NCBI GenBank assembly: GCA_002498525.1
Contig: DAHR01000019.1
Location: 39,404-103,403 of the forward strand
Direction: 5' to 3'
Origin: Euryarchaeota archaeon UBA58
GTDB lineage: Archaea; Thermoplasmatota; Poseidoniia; Poseidoniales; Thalassarchaeaceae
DNA length: 64,000 nucleotides
Under the pieces are notes generated by a model. That model saw only the letters and a list, made by a program, of their open reading frames with translations. It ran no database searches and was not told the DNA's origin. How positions within the stretch are numbered: position 1 is the first letter of the stretch; each line of letters begins with the position of its first letter. The position numbers and the translations under genes are program-made. Below are positions 26,260-36,187 of the stretch, one piece after another.

Positions 26260-27468
26260 TCATTCACTGATTATTGATGCCCAACCCTTCAAACAAAGGA
26301 AAGTCGCCATCGAATCGTTGACAGTGAACACGTCCCCTGTGCTGCCATTGATTTCAACTGAGCCGATTCTTGCGGTCACATCATCACGCAGTAACGTGAT
26401 CCGTGCATCGATACCACCTCCGAGTGCTATTGCTTCACTCAATGGATCGAAAGGATTGGAACCGTCTGGATCGAGTCTTTCAAACGGAATCTCTGTCACG
26501 CGGAGACCACATTTTCCATGGAGACTGCCAATCCATCGAATGACTCTCTTGATATCGACTGTCACGTTCTCGTCAGTCTCCCCCGCAGTTCCAAGGACAA
26601 CAGACTCGTCTCCTTTCACCAATTCCCAGAAGATAGGGGTGTCCTTGCCGAAAACCTGTAGTTTATGGTCACCTTGAATTCTTTCGATTCGTTCTTCATT
26701 AGCAGCCATTTCAGCTAGAGATTGTATTCGTTTCTTACCAACCGACTTCGACTTTTTCCGTTTACCTGCTGATTTGTGATTGAGTATGTCATGAAATTCG
26801 TTGAGTAAAAGATTAGAATCTTTGGTTCTAGAATTGATTTTATTCAATTTATCCAAAACACTCTCTGTTCCGACCTCAATCCGATTCTGCCAACCACTCG
26901 ATTTTCCAGACAATACAGCGCTGATGTCCAGACCTTCGCCCCTGATGTAAGAAACTATCTCTCGGCGGGCATTGGAATCCAATGTCATCAGCTCAGAATC
27001 CCGAATATGAATGTGAAATCCTCTGTGTCCGGAAAAACTGAACTGAGCATTGGCAGCATCAATTCCGAATTCTGGTTCGAGGAACCCTGACCATAGTGCC
27101 CAAGCCTGTTCCTGGATCTTCTCAATCATAGCGGGAAAATCCGCGTCTGACACCCCTGGGAGGTGATCCCCGTCCAAATCGAAAATCAAATCCGCACCTT
27201 TCCATCCCTTGTCGTTCATCACTCGTTCACTGGGTCTGTCATAGTAAGCAGTGCTGTGAAAACAGGAATGTGGCCCTCGTTGTTGTAAATATGCAAGTAA
27301 TTCGTCAACAGTTGAGAATCCCCTGTGACGATCGACCGCTCGATCGCCCCAAGGCATGAACATCCATTCGCGGTTTCTCAATCGTGGTGGTGTCCAGATA
27401 TCGCTTCGACTCTTCGATTGATAATACTGAGCGAATCGGAGAGCGAATCGGCTCCAACCCTCAGCCAT
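26260..27468 (-). CDS. priS: DNA primase small (catalytic) subunit PriS
   Basis: 'LIFDLDGDH' and 'FSGHRGFHIHI' AEP catalytic motifs. Confidence 0.9.
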   Translation of the reverse strand: MAEGWSRFALRFAQYYQSKSRSDIWTPPRLRNREWMFMPWGDRAVDRHRGFSTVDELLAYLQQRGPHSCFHSTAYYDRPSERVMNDKGWKGADLIFDLDGDHLPGVSDADFPAMIEKIQEQAWALWSGFLEPEFGIDAANAQFSFSGHRGFHIHIRDSELMTLDSNARREIVSYIRGEGLDISAVLSGKSSGWQNRIEVGTESVLDKLNKINSRTKDSNLLLNEFHDILNHKSAGKRKKSKSVGKKRIQSLAEMAANEERIERIQGDHKLQVFGKDTPIFWELVKGDESVVLGTAGETDENVTVDIKRVIRWIGSLHGKCGLRVTEIPFERLDPDGSNPFDPLSEAIALGGGIDARITLLRDDVTARIGSVEINGSTGDVFTVNDSMATFLCLKGWASIISE

Positions 27469-27528
27469 AGTACGTCTGAAGTGTGTGCGGCAAATGAACT
27501 GAATGCTCGTCCGACTACAATCAGATCT

Positions 27529-27723
27529 TCAATCGAGGTCGAGGGCTCCTACTTCCTTGCCATCGGTAGCCGAAGAAGCACCAGTCTTCTCGATGTAAGC
27601 CTCGAAGCAAACATAATCGCCATCGAGAACGATGGCTTCAGCGAAAGTCATCGCTTTCCCAGTCACGGCGCAGACGGGACCTAGTTGTCCGGTTGCAGTA
27701 GAGAGTTTCGTGGGGTCGGGCAT
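27529..27723 (-). CDS. small hypothetical protein (64 aa)
   Basis: Track ORF upstream of priS. 'GPVCAVTGKAMTF...DGDYVCFEAYIEK' is vaguely TRASH/YHS-like but lacks the second Cys of the CxxC. Confidence 0.35.
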   Translation of the reverse strand: MPDPTKLSTATGQLGPVCAVTGKAMTFAEAIVLDGDYVCFEAYIEKTGASSATDGKEVGALDLD

Positions 27724-27816
27724 GTGACAGTGTGGTTAAGTCCGATTCTTGACTCTTACGGATAATCAGAGTGGAGAATCAAAGTTATTTATTAGCCGAA
27801 TGAAGTCGCCAAGCAC

Positions 27817-28677
27817 ATGAACGTAGAAGGTAGTATCATCAGAGTCGGTCACTCTCCAGATCCAGATGACGCTTTCATGTTCCATGCTCTGACAAGAGGC
27901 GTCATAGATACTCCGGGCAGAACCTATGAGCATGTGTTACTCGATATTCAGACTCTCAACGACCATGCGCTGGCCGGGACTTATGAGATATCTGCGGTGA
28001 GTATTCACTCTTATCCACAGATTTCAGACAGATATGCCCTGATGAACTGTGGAGCATCGATGGGTGAGGGCTATGGTCCGATGTTGATTGGGAATCGAGA
28101 GTTATCTCTCTCGGAAGTCGACGATCTAACGATAGCCATCCCGGGAATGGGAACCTCAGCATATCTGGCACTACGACTAGCACTTGGTGATGTAAACGTA
28201 CAGGTCATTCCATTCGATGAAATATTGCCTCGTGTGAAATCAGGGGAATTTGAATTAGGATTGATAATTCATGAAGGACAATTGACTTGGCGGGATGAAG
28301 GTGTTTTCCTGATTCTTGATCTCGGGGTCTGGTGGAGGGATGAGACAGGATTGCCACTTCCCCTCGGTGGGAATGTCATTCGCAGAGACTTAGGGTTAAA
28401 AATGTGTCAAGATTTGACTGAAGATGTGAAGAACAGCATCATTCATGCCCTGGACAATCCCACCGAGGCTTTAGAATTCGCTAAACTATGGGGTAGAGGC
28501 ATCGATGACGAAACCAATCGATCCTTTGTCAAGATGTATGTGAATGAGAGAACAATTGATTTCGGTGATGATGGAAGAGCTGCTGTACGACTTTTCCTTA
28601 GTGAGGGAAAGAAAATAGGTATGGTTGACCCTAATTTTGATATCGAGGGAATAGAATTTATCGGATGTGATGAATGA
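27817..28677 (+). CDS. MqnA/MqnD-family protein, MqnD-like (1,4-dihydroxy-6-naphthoate synthase candidate)
   Basis: 'IRVGHSPDPDDAFMFHAL' resembles the MqnD 'SPCPNDTF.F.AL' N-terminal motif. Adjacent to other futalosine-pathway genes. Confidence 0.6.
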   Translation: MNVEGSIIRVGHSPDPDDAFMFHALTRGVIDTPGRTYEHVLLDIQTLNDHALAGTYEISAVSIHSYPQISDRYALMNCGASMGEGYGPMLIGNRELSLSEVDDLTIAIPGMGTSAYLALRLALGDVNVQVIPFDEILPRVKSGEFELGLIIHEGQLTWRDEGVFLILDLGVWWRDETGLPLPLGGNVIRRDLGLKMCQDLTEDVKNSIIHALDNPTEALEFAKLWGRGIDDETNRSFVKMYVNERTIDFGDDGRAAVRLFLSEGKKIGMVDPNFDIEGIEFIGCDE

Positions 28678-28754
28678 TGGACGCGGCGAAACCCGAACAA
28701 TCAGAGTTTGATTCAGTCGGCCCCGCTCCAGCCAGCGCCATCGAGGACGTTGGC

Positions 28755-29552
28755 TCAGGACGGAGAAAACCAAACAGGATCCTCAGTCATTCCACAGACT
28801 TCTGAGAGGAATCGTAACAATCCTTCCTTGGCCTTCGCATCCATAAGATTCCTGACTTCGTATTGAAAATATCTGGCGATTCTCTCTTCTTCAGCCCCGA
28901 CTTGTTTCGCGGATCTCGTTATCACTTCCGTTCGAAATATCTCATCATTCTCGAATCGATGATATTGCCTGATCAAATCTGCATGTGCAGCTAGAAGATC
29001 CTGCTTCGGTGCATCTCTTCTACAAGCAAACACACCGAATACCATTGGTAACCCAGTGACACGCTTCCACTCCCGACCAAGATCGAGCCTAATCATATCT
29101 GGATGAGATTCAGCTGCTACGAGTGCTCTGTCACCAATCAACAGAGCCCCGTCACAACGTTGTAACATCGAATCCAGGTCAGGACCGGTTTCGATGCATT
29201 TCGGATCAAGACCTAGGTTATTCAACAGCCATCGAAGGAGGACCTTCGAAGTGGATGAATCCGAAGGCAGAGCTATGTCCCTCATCATTTCGAGATTCCG
29301 ACTTCCGAAGAGGATTACGGAGCCAACGGCACCGAGGCCAACTATTCCAAGGTCAGGAAGCAACATCAATTCTGAATGGTGTTTGGCAAAATCGGCAGTT
29401 GGTATAGGCGCGGTCAGACAATCCTGACGCAAGACATGACCCGTCAACCATGCTGGGGGAGCTGCCAAAACGCGCCAAGGTTCGCCCAAATTGTGAAAGA
29501 GCGGGTCACAATTCGTGAATGCCACGCGTCCGATGACTTGACTCCAACTCAT
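28755..29552 (-). CDS. mqnA: chorismate dehydratase MqnA-like
   Basis: 'GRVAFTNCDPLFHNL' resembles the MqnA N-terminus (G.i.ylN..Pl). Adjacent to the radical-SAM mqn gene. Confidence 0.65.
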   Translation of the reverse strand: MSWSQVIGRVAFTNCDPLFHNLGEPWRVLAAPPAWLTGHVLRQDCLTAPIPTADFAKHHSELMLLPDLGIVGLGAVGSVILFGSRNLEMMRDIALPSDSSTSKVLLRWLLNNLGLDPKCIETGPDLDSMLQRCDGALLIGDRALVAAESHPDMIRLDLGREWKRVTGLPMVFGVFACRRDAPKQDLLAAHADLIRQYHRFENDEIFRTEVITRSAKQVGAEEERIARYFQYEVRNLMDAKAKEGLLRFLSEVCGMTEDPVWFSPS

Positions 29553-29566
29553 TTTTCCACCATGGA

Positions 29567-30775
29567 TTAGACAGCGATGGGTAATGAGATATCGTCATTC
29601 TTAATTGGGGGGGGAATCAGTGCGAATTCGGAATAAATAGAATTCCTCTTCACAGGAATCGAGTTGGATTGATAGATGAGTCCCGCAAGATCCTCAGCAT
29701 TGAAGTCGAGTGGGGTCGTGCTGCCTGCTTCGTGCATGATCTCCTCGTTTCCAACCGTACCATCGATATCATCTGCACCGCATTGTAATGCAAGACAACC
29801 GACATCATCACCAATATTCATTCTGTATGCCTTGATGTGAGGTATGTTATCCAACATCAGACGCGAAATGGCGATGACACGGAGAATCTCATTCACCGAT
29901 GCCAATTGAGCATCGGGTAATCGAGAGAATTCAGGTAGATACGGATAAGGCACGAAACATTGGAATCCTCCTGAGATATCTTGTTGATTCCTCAATTTCA
30001 TCATATGTTGAATTCTATGTGCTGTGGTTTCGACGGTACCGAAGAGCATGGTACAATTTGTTGGCAAACCGAGCTCATGGGCAGCCTGATGGATGGTGAG
30101 ATATTCTTGAGATGATTCCTTTCCATGGCAGATTCTATCTCTGACTGAATCAACTAGAATCTCTGCACCCCCGCCAGGCAAGGAGCCCAAACCCGCTGCA
30201 ATCAGGCGTCTTAATGATTCATGGATACTGAGATTAGATCGTTTAGCAATATGTTTGAGTTCGACTGCGGTGAGGGATTTTATGTGAATAAGGGGGAAGC
30301 GAGACTTGGTTTCACGGTACAATTCTTCATAATGTTCGATAGTCCAAGAGGGATGGAGACCTCCAACCGAATGAACCTCATTGATGACTTCAGAGTATGG
30401 TTCTATTCTGTGGATGTATTCCTCCACACTCAATTCATATGCGTCTGAGTGTCGAGGACCTTTCCGAAAGGCACAGAAGCGACAAGCGAGTACGCAGATA
30501 TTGGTGGTATTCACATGAAGATTGTCGTTGAAGTAGACATTCGTTCCGAATCTGGCTTGTTTGACCATGTTCGCAAGAGCGGTCAGAGCAAACAATGAAT
30601 CATGGCTGAACATTCTATTACCAATATCTTCATCGATTCGACCATGTTCAATCAACATTCGAAGAGCGGTTGAAAGAGTCGAATCTGTGGAAATATGTTC
30701 GGGCACATCCATCGCGTCAAGATTGGAACGCCAGTTTGATGAGCCTTGCAATGGTATTGCATCATCCGTCAACAC
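29567..30775 (-). CDS. radical-SAM enzyme of the MqnE/MqnC/CofH family (aminofutalosine synthase or cyclic dehypoxanthinyl futalosine synthase)
   Basis: 'CVLACRFCAF' CxxxCxxC motif, ~400 aa, and neighbourhood. I cannot separate MqnE from MqnC by eye. Confidence 0.75.
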   Translation of the reverse strand: MLTDDAIPLQGSSNWRSNLDAMDVPEHISTDSTLSTALRMLIEHGRIDEDIGNRMFSHDSLFALTALANMVKQARFGTNVYFNDNLHVNTTNICVLACRFCAFRKGPRHSDAYELSVEEYIHRIEPYSEVINEVHSVGGLHPSWTIEHYEELYRETKSRFPLIHIKSLTAVELKHIAKRSNLSIHESLRRLIAAGLGSLPGGGAEILVDSVRDRICHGKESSQEYLTIHQAAHELGLPTNCTMLFGTVETTAHRIQHMMKLRNQQDISGGFQCFVPYPYLPEFSRLPDAQLASVNEILRVIAISRLMLDNIPHIKAYRMNIGDDVGCLALQCGADDIDGTVGNEEIMHEAGSTTPLDFNAEDLAGLIYQSNSIPVKRNSIYSEFALIPPPIKNDDISLPIAV

Positions 30776-30884
30776 TCCACCACCAGATGCATTGGAAGCA
30801 GGGTGTGATAGTCAATCTATCTCAACAGCCTCGCCAATGGCGGCATCCGGAAATCATCAATAGCCAGACTCTCTGGCCGAAGAC

Positions 30885-31721
30885 GTGAGTGAATCTGAGG
30901 TTTCGACCAAGTTGGATTTGACAACGCTCGAGGCAAGGGCAAAGCAATGCCGAAGATTGATTGTTGAAATGGTACACAAAGCTGGCGCGGGCCATCCTGG
31001 TGGGTCGCTGTCAGCGATTGACCTGATGGTCGGATTGTATGGAACCCAGATGAGGATACGGGTTGACGAACCGGATTGGCCGAATCGTGATCGTTTCATC
31101 ATGAGTAAAGGTCACGCAAGTCCAGCCGTATATTCACTTCTACATGAACTTGGATTTCTGACAAAAGCCGACCTCGATGGATTTCGTACGTTAGGCTCTG
31201 TCTGTCAAGGACATGTGGACATGAGATGGACTGACGGAGTCGATTTTTCCGCAGGTAGTCTGGGTATGGGACTCTCATTCGGCTTGGGTTGCTCCCTAGC
31301 GGCTTCGATGGACGGTTCGGACCGGAATACCTGGGTCATGATCGGTGATGGAGAAACTCAAGAAGGTCAGGTTTGGGAGGCATTGATGGCTGCCAGTTAT
31401 CACCAAGTAGGCAATCTCAAATTGATTGTCGATCGCAATAGAATTCAGAACGACGATTTCGTCGGTATTCAAATGGAAATTGGAGACGTTGCCTCGAAGA
31501 TCAATTCATTCGGATGGGCAGTCAGAGAAATCGATGGTCACGACATGCAAGCGATAGTGGAAGCATTGGCTTGGGCTGAATCACACGATAGTGGACCGGC
31601 AGCGATCGTCGCACACACAGTCAAAGGCAAGGGTGTATCATTTATGGAGGATAATCCCTCATTCCATGGTAAGGCTCCTAATGATGACGAATTGGCCAGA
31701 GCATTGGAGGAATTGTCTTGA
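30885..31721 (+). CDS. transketolase, N-terminal (TPP-binding) subunit
   Basis: 'GAGHPGGSLSAIDLMVGLY', 'GDGETQEGQVWEA'. GTG start. 4-nt overlap with the next gene. Confidence 0.9.
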   Translation: MSESEVSTKLDLTTLEARAKQCRRLIVEMVHKAGAGHPGGSLSAIDLMVGLYGTQMRIRVDEPDWPNRDRFIMSKGHASPAVYSLLHELGFLTKADLDGFRTLGSVCQGHVDMRWTDGVDFSAGSLGMGLSFGLGCSLAASMDGSDRNTWVMIGDGETQEGQVWEALMAASYHQVGNLKLIVDRNRIQNDDFVGIQMEIGDVASKINSFGWAVREIDGHDMQAIVEALAWAESHDSGPAAIVAHTVKGKGVSFMEDNPSFHGKAPNDDELARALEELS

Positions 31722-32656
31722 GTGCACCCTCGACAGGCGGAGCCAGCCGTGATGGTTACGGCACGGGTTTACTTCGAATCGCCCACGACCCTCGTGTTGT
31801 GGTTCTCGAAGCCGACCTCGGTAAGTCAACCAAATCCTGTCATTTCCGTGATAAATATCCCGACCGGACAATTTCTCTGGGCATCGCCGAACAAAACATG
31901 ATGCTCGTCGCGGCTGGTTTGGCTTCGTGTGGCAAGATCCCCTTCGCCAGTACTTTTGCTATCTTCACAGAACGGGCTTTTGAACAAATCCGAAATGGAA
32001 TTGCACGTCCTGAATTGAATGTGCATATCTGTGGCAGTCACGGAGGAATTCACACTGGAACTGATGGTAGCAGTGCACAATCAATAGAAGACTTAGCACT
32101 CTACAGAACCATTCCGGGTATGACGGTCTTACATCCATGTGATGATTTATCAACAGCGGAATTAACTGTTCAACTTCTCGAGCACAACCAACCATCATAC
32201 ACACGAACAGCTCGAAACAAGACCCCAAGACTGTATGATGAAGAATCCTCGCGCTCTCTAAAGATCGGAAAGGGCAGTATTCTTCGAGATGGCGACGACG
32301 TCGCCATCATTGCCTGTGGAGTGATGGTGTACAAGGCGATGAAGGTCGCTGATATATTGCAGGCCGATGGAATATCCACCACAGTAATCGATATGCATAC
32401 CATCAAACCACTCGACACGGAACTGGTATCCGATTTGGCCCGACGCTGCAACGGGATTGTCACAGTAGAGGATCATTCCGTGATTGGTGGTTTGGGTTCT
32501 GCAGTCGCCAGCCATCTGTCCACCACGAATCCAACCAGAATCAAGATGCTAGGTGTCGACGATAGATTTGGTGAGAGTGGGGGTAGCGAAGAATTGCTTG
32601 AACTAATGAGCCTGGACATCTCTGACATAGAAGCGGCCTGTCGTGAACTTCTTTGA
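31718..32656 (+). CDS. transketolase, C-terminal (pyrimidine-binding) subunit
   Basis: 'GIAEQNMMLVAAGLA'. Split transketolase arrangement. Confidence 0.9.
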   Translation: MSAPSTGGASRDGYGTGLLRIAHDPRVVVLEADLGKSTKSCHFRDKYPDRTISLGIAEQNMMLVAAGLASCGKIPFASTFAIFTERAFEQIRNGIARPELNVHICGSHGGIHTGTDGSSAQSIEDLALYRTIPGMTVLHPCDDLSTAELTVQLLEHNQPSYTRTARNKTPRLYDEESSRSLKIGKGSILRDGDDVAIIACGVMVYKAMKVADILQADGISTTVIDMHTIKPLDTELVSDLARRCNGIVTVEDHSVIGGLGSAVASHLSTTNPTRIKMLGVDDRFGESGGSEELLELMSLDISDIEAACRELL

Positions 32657-32729
32657 ACGCTGACATGTGCTGTTTTCACCTACAGAACAGCGTTTCATTC
32701 ATTTAGCCGAGTCATTGGGGGGAAATCAG

Positions 32730-33257
32730 ATGTCGAACGTTGAGAAGGTCAAACAACTCCTCGATGGGACTCTGGATCCCGCTGAATTGGAGTTGGATGC
32801 TGATCTGTATTCCATGGCGGAGCGAATCTATGGAAGAGAGGCTCTCGAGGAGATGGGTGTATCCGCACCAGAACGCGGCCCGGATACGATCGTCGAACCG
32901 AACGGCGATTCAAGTCACGATGTCCAGATTCCCTCTCCGATGCCTCTTCCAGCGGTGAATGGAAGTCAGAAAAGTGGTAGAGATTGGTTTCGAGGGATAT
33001 TACTCCTCAGTGGACTGCTTGGATTCTTGACTGTGCTATACAATACATTCTTCGGCATTGGAGAAATCTACGAATTCTGTATCAATACATCAGGAACTTC
33101 GGGCGTTTGTGGAAGCAAATTCGATTGGTCCTCTATCCTGAATCCGAGTAGTAACACCGCTTGGTCAAAGTCGGGGTCAATCAATGCACTAGATGCTGTT
33201 CTACTGACTTTGGCACTACTCGTTTCATTCATAGGCTTCAGACGAAAAAGCTCTTGA
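32730..33257 (+). CDS. hypothetical membrane protein (acidic N-terminus, two TM segments)
   Basis: Track ORF. Start moved to ATG 32730. 'ILLLSGLLGFLTVLY' and 'AVLLTLALLVSFIGF'. Confidence 0.45.
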   Translation: MSNVEKVKQLLDGTLDPAELELDADLYSMAERIYGREALEEMGVSAPERGPDTIVEPNGDSSHDVQIPSPMPLPAVNGSQKSGRDWFRGILLLSGLLGFLTVLYNTFFGIGEIYEFCINTSGTSGVCGSKFDWSSILNPSSNTAWSKSGSINALDAVLLTLALLVSFIGFRRKSS

Positions 33258-33346
33258 TTTTTCATTCACCCGCTACAGAAATTCGCCTTATACATAACCA
33301 AGTACCAGAATGCTTCGATTCGTGATGATCTGTTTCGAGAAGGGGC

Positions 33347-34867
33347 TCAATACATTCTCGCCAAGTGTTGTCGTCGAGTAGTCATCCGACCAGTCACGGC
33401 ACAAGGTCGTGCCTCTTCGTAAGGTTCACTGCAATCTCCGAGGAACGCCAGACCTGTCGCTTTCTCAAGAACCTCGGCATCAGAATCTTTTCCGTCGAAT
33501 GCCATTTCATAGACTATCCCATCATCGATTGGTCCATCCAGAACCCAACCAGATTTGGACTCGGAAATACCGGGAAACGGATGAATTCGCTCAGAGAGAT
33601 GATCGGTTGATCTCGCTCGAAGTTCATTCTCTATCCGCCCAAGACAATCGACGATGACCTCTTGTAAACCATTCAAGGGATGTTCTTCCTTGCCACCTGT
33701 CCTCAGACTCAGTACGCATTTGTCAGCGGCTAGATCCCGAGGCCCGAGTTCGAGGCGAATTGGAACGCCTTTGATTTCCCAATCGTAATGTTTGGCTCCA
33801 GGTCTGATGTCGCGTTCATCGACTTTGACACGTAATCCGGCAGTCTGCAATTCTTTCGCGACTGCATGAACCTTAGGCAGAACATTCTCATCGACATGTG
33901 CCGCCACAGGCATCAGAACCACCTGAATAGGAGCTACTTTCGGAGGGAATATCAAGCCTGCATCATCACCGTGCATTCCAACTACTGCACCCAATAACCT
34001 CTCCGACATCCCAAAGGTAGTTTGATGACAAAATTGTGTTTTGCCTGTTGAATCTTCATAATTCAGTTCGAAGGCTTTAGCCCACTGATCCTTGTAATGG
34101 TGGTAAGTCGCTACCTGAAGCGTCCGACCATTAGGCATCAGAACATCTACAGCCATCGAATACCAAGCACCAGGAAATGTGTCCCACACCGGCCGTCTGC
34201 TGATTATGGCTGGAAAACATAGGTCATGCAACAGATTCTGGATGATTTCCGCGTCTTCATCAATCTGCGCATCTGCTCCGGCCTGATTCTCATGAGCAGT
34301 ATGTGCTTCAAAGAAATGGATCTCTCTGACACGAATGAACGACCGGGTCTGTTTCGTCTCGTAACGGAAGGTATTGACGATCTGGAAGGTCTTCAGTGGG
34401 AGGTCGCCGTGGGAGCGTACCCATAGAGCGAACATGGTGTACATCGGAGTCTCACTAGTAGGCCGTAAGAACATCGGAACATCCAATTCATTCTCGCCCG
34501 CATGCTTGACCCAGTAGACCTCTTTCTTGAAGCCACTCTCCTCTTCATCGATTCGAAGTTCTGCGGGGTCGACTCCTTGTTCTCTTGCCAATTTGAGTCG
34601 AGAAACCAGACGGTTCTCCTTTTCGAGCAGATCTTCGGGAATCAAGACTGGGAAATTGTATTCCTCATGGTCTGTTCTCTCCATCTCTGCCCGGGTCAAC
34701 CCATCAATCAGCGTCATCGCTTTCCAACCATATGGCTTCCATACGTCCATTCCCTTGATTGGATATCTCTTGTCGACGAGGTCAGCGATTTCAACAATCG
34801 CTGGGTACCAGGCATTGAATTCCGTCTTCGGAGGAATGCCACGCTTGGCACGGTCATGCTTCGCCAT
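33347..34867 (-). CDS. proS: prolyl-tRNA synthetase (archaeal/eukaryotic type)
   Basis: 'FRYETKQTRSFIRVREIHFFEAHT' class-II motif 2 region. Start at MAKHDRAKRG (34867). Confidence 0.95.
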   Translation of the reverse strand: MAKHDRAKRGIPPKTEFNAWYPAIVEIADLVDKRYPIKGMDVWKPYGWKAMTLIDGLTRAEMERTDHEEYNFPVLIPEDLLEKENRLVSRLKLAREQGVDPAELRIDEEESGFKKEVYWVKHAGENELDVPMFLRPTSETPMYTMFALWVRSHGDLPLKTFQIVNTFRYETKQTRSFIRVREIHFFEAHTAHENQAGADAQIDEDAEIIQNLLHDLCFPAIISRRPVWDTFPGAWYSMAVDVLMPNGRTLQVATYHHYKDQWAKAFELNYEDSTGKTQFCHQTTFGMSERLLGAVVGMHGDDAGLIFPPKVAPIQVVLMPVAAHVDENVLPKVHAVAKELQTAGLRVKVDERDIRPGAKHYDWEIKGVPIRLELGPRDLAADKCVLSLRTGGKEEHPLNGLQEVIVDCLGRIENELRARSTDHLSERIHPFPGISESKSGWVLDGPIDDGIVYEMAFDGKDSDAEVLEKATGLAFLGDCSEPYEEARPCAVTGRMTTRRQHLARMY

Positions 34868-34916
34868 GGTTGACCTCCCCCGAGTTAATCGCTTCAATGT
34901 GACGCTGAGGATTCCT

Positions 34917-36110
34917 TCAAACGGCATCGATGATGGCCCTTAAGGCAGAACACAATTGAAATCCATCTTCGATCTCTTCAATAGTAGAATCAGCATGGAC
35001 TATACGGGCGCGGAGTGAATCTGGTTCATTCATCTCCTCCATAAGATTGGCTACAACGGCATCGACTCCATGTCGGTCAATCTGATCTTTTGCTCGCTGT
35101 ATCAATGTCGAAACATCGACTCCAGTTTCGAGTTTGAAACCGATACGTACAGCCCCCTTAACATGTTCAGACAATTCTGCGATGTGATTCAGGCCCGGCT
35201 TCAGTGTCAATTCCCAGGACTCATCACCACTAACCCTCTTGCCAACCTCCGATTCTGTAAAATAATCGAGTACGGCAGCTGCATGAATCCAAACATCTGG
35301 AGATGGATCTTCCTGAGCCAGATCAAGAACGCAGTTGAGCATCTCATCTGGTTCACCGGCCCTGCGCACATCCGGCAGGCAAAATGAGGGATGCGCAGAT
35401 GTTTTTCCGGCCACACAAATGATCTCGTGCCCCAGTCGGTGCAGATATTCTGCAATCATCCAACCAGTTCTCCCTGACGAAGCATTCTGAATCGCTCTCA
35501 CCGCATCTATTGGTGCTCTATTGGCGCCCAGGGTGATAGCGATTCGCTTGGACCGCGATGAATTCGAATTGACTTGGTGACAGACCGCAGCTACGATTGA
35601 AACTGGGTCTGGTTGCTTGCGCTTTCCCTCCTCGACTGATGAAACAAGAACGGATACACCCTCCGCCCTCAAATCATCCAATAAATCCTGAGTGACAGGA
35701 TCATCAAAGAGATCCTGATGCATCGAAGGGACGAAACACATCTTCCCCCCTCGTCCGCGAGCAGCAGAAAGGGCCATCATCAGCGGAGAATCGATGATTC
35801 CATGGATGTGTTTCGAAATTGTGTTCCGAGTTGCTGGAGCGATGAGAACAATATCGTGAGGCTCTAATTGTGCCATTTCCGGTGTCCAATCATATATCAC
35901 TTGTACATCCGAAGCCCAAGCCAGCGCCAATGGTGTGATGATTTTCGTGGCTTCCTTGGACATCATAACAGTCAATTCAGCCTGGTGTCGACGTAATTCC
36001 CGGGTCAATCGAACCGATTCAACAGCTGCTATTCCACCAGTGACGAGCACAAGGACCCGTTTACCGGACAGGGTGTCGCTATGTACGTCAACCCCTGTGT
36101 CTCTCGGCAT
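34917..36110 (-). CDS. coaBC: bifunctional phosphopantothenoylcysteine decarboxylase / phosphopantothenate-cysteine ligase CoaBC
   Basis: 'GKRVLVLVTGGIAAVES' flavoprotein N-terminus plus a DFP domain. Start at ATG 36110 or 36173. Confidence 0.9.
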   Translation of the reverse strand: MPRDTGVDVHSDTLSGKRVLVLVTGGIAAVESVRLTRELRRHQAELTVMMSKEATKIITPLALAWASDVQVIYDWTPEMAQLEPHDIVLIAPATRNTISKHIHGIIDSPLMMALSAARGRGGKMCFVPSMHQDLFDDPVTQDLLDDLRAEGVSVLVSSVEEGKRKQPDPVSIVAAVCHQVNSNSSRSKRIAITLGANRAPIDAVRAIQNASSGRTGWMIAEYLHRLGHEIICVAGKTSAHPSFCLPDVRRAGEPDEMLNCVLDLAQEDPSPDVWIHAAAVLDYFTESEVGKRVSGDESWELTLKPGLNHIAELSEHVKGAVRIGFKLETGVDVSTLIQRAKDQIDRHGVDAVVANLMEEMNEPDSLRARIVHADSTIEEIEDGFQLCSALRAIIDAV

Positions 36111-36187
36111 ACTTCGTCCAATGAGTACTTGTTCAAGAGGGCGTCGCCATGCGAGAGAGTGATGTATGAACACTCATTCGACGTCTT

